From Kiritimatiellia bacterium (lineage in GTDB: Bacteria; Verrucomicrobiota; Kiritimatiellia; CAIVKH01): a stretch of DNA of 64,000 nucleotides. The stretch lies in NCBI GenBank assembly GCA_027493775.1, contig JAOSKE010000003.1:618845-682844 (forward strand), read 5' to 3'. Position 1 is the stretch's first letter. Each line of letters opens with the position of its first letter. Of this stretch, positions 63,312-64,000 are shown piece by piece. The notes beneath the pieces were generated by a model. It saw nothing but the letters and a program-made list of their open reading frames with translations, was not told where the DNA came from and searched no databases. Both the position numbers and the translations under genes were made by a program.

Positions 63312-64000
63312 TCAGCTTGTTCCCCTGCCCGTGATTCGGAATTCCAGCGCGCCCTCGCGCTCGCGCGAAAGATCCGCCAGCACATGATCCCCCGCTGAAA
63401 CGCGGCCATCGAGTATTTCCGTAGCCAGCGCATCCATCACCTTGCGCTGCAGGACACGCTTGAGCGGACGAGCGCCGAAAGCCGGGTCGTATCCGTCCGA
63501 AGCAAGCGACTGCTTCGCCGCCGGGGTCAGCTCCAATTCAATCTTCTGCCCCTCCAGATTGCGGCGCAACCGCGCAAGCTGAATATCCACAATGCGGCCC
63601 AACTGCTCGCGAGAGAGCGCCTGGAAGATAATCGTTTCATCCACGCGATTCAGGAACTCCGGACGGAACGCGCTGCGCAACACCTCCCGCACACGCGCCT
63701 CCATCTGCTCATACGCGGGGTCGTCCGGCGTAATATCCGGACGGTCTGCAAGCGTTTCCAAGATGATCGTTCCTCCTAGGTTCGAGGTCATAATGATTAA
63801 CGTATTGCGAAAATCCACCGTGCGCCCCTGCCCGTCTGTCAGGCGACCGTCATCAAGAATTTGCAGCAGGACATTGAAGACATCCGGATGCGCCTTCTCG
63901 ATTTCGTCGAAAAGAACAACCGAGTAAGGCTTTCGCCGAATGTGTTCGGTCAGGTAGCCGCCTTCATCATAGCCGACATATCCGGGAGGCGCGCCGAGCA
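63312..64000 (-). CDS. clpB: Chaperone ClpB, C-terminal part. The gene continues beyond the window end.
   Basis: AAA+ NBD2 sensor and C-terminal domain ([24 protein letters not shown]). The frame stays open to position 64000. Confidence 0.9.
   Translation of the reverse strand, partial: LGAPPGYVGYDEGGYLTEHIRRKPYSVVLFDEIEKAHPDVFNVLLQILDDGRLTDGQGRTVDFRNTLIIMTSNLGGTIILETLADRPDITPDDPAYEQMEARVREVLRSAFRPEFLNRVDETIIFQALSREQLGRIVDIQLARLRRNLEGQKIELELTPAAKQSLASDGYDPAFGARPLKRVLQRKVMDALATEILDGRVSAGDHVLADLSREREGALEFRITGRGTS

Overview
This is a high-GC (~60%) bacterial chromosomal window carrying about 55 genes. Housekeeping genes: upp, mfd, pyrH, frr, glnS, nrdJ (class II RNR), mutY, trxA, the cinA-recA operon, galE, partial clpB, and tRNA-Val(GAC). 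Functional modules: (1) a copper nitrite reductase/NO-response cluster (CopD-like, nsrR, nirK with a fused cytochrome c domain, nirV-like FGE gene, sco1/senC, nnrS); (2) a mevalonate-pathway operon (HMG-CoA reductase, type 2 IDI, HMG-CoA synthase, mevalonate kinase, a second GHMP kinase that is probably phosphomevalonate kinase); (3) two tandem SPFH/flotillin paralogs; (4) secreted hydrolases (GH13 amylase, LTD plus EEP nuclease-like protein, GHL10, SGNH, M23). The most interesting stretch is a ~10 kb lower-GC island (approx. 32.7-42.6 kb). It encodes a serine invertase; an MmeI-like Type IIG restriction-modification gene with a start-less alternative TRD cassette plus two nested inverted-repeat pairs, i.e. 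shufflon architecture; a DinD/Bro-N protein; and a PLD-nuclease-SNF2-helicase fusion. This is a candidate phase-variable defense system. A second notable signal is a family of mosaic hairpin repeats (units ~240-300 bp with a near-identical ~70 nt core). It sits in tandem arrays at four intergenic loci (11.3, 24.7, 49.3 and 52.0 kb, the last directly after the tRNA) and shows compensatory base changes in one stem. The window also has more than 20 single-base indels, many in homopolymers, that break essential genes (glnS, recA, mfd, upp, hmgr). This points to sequencing or assembly error rather than pseudogenization, so several CDS below are reported across frameshifts.
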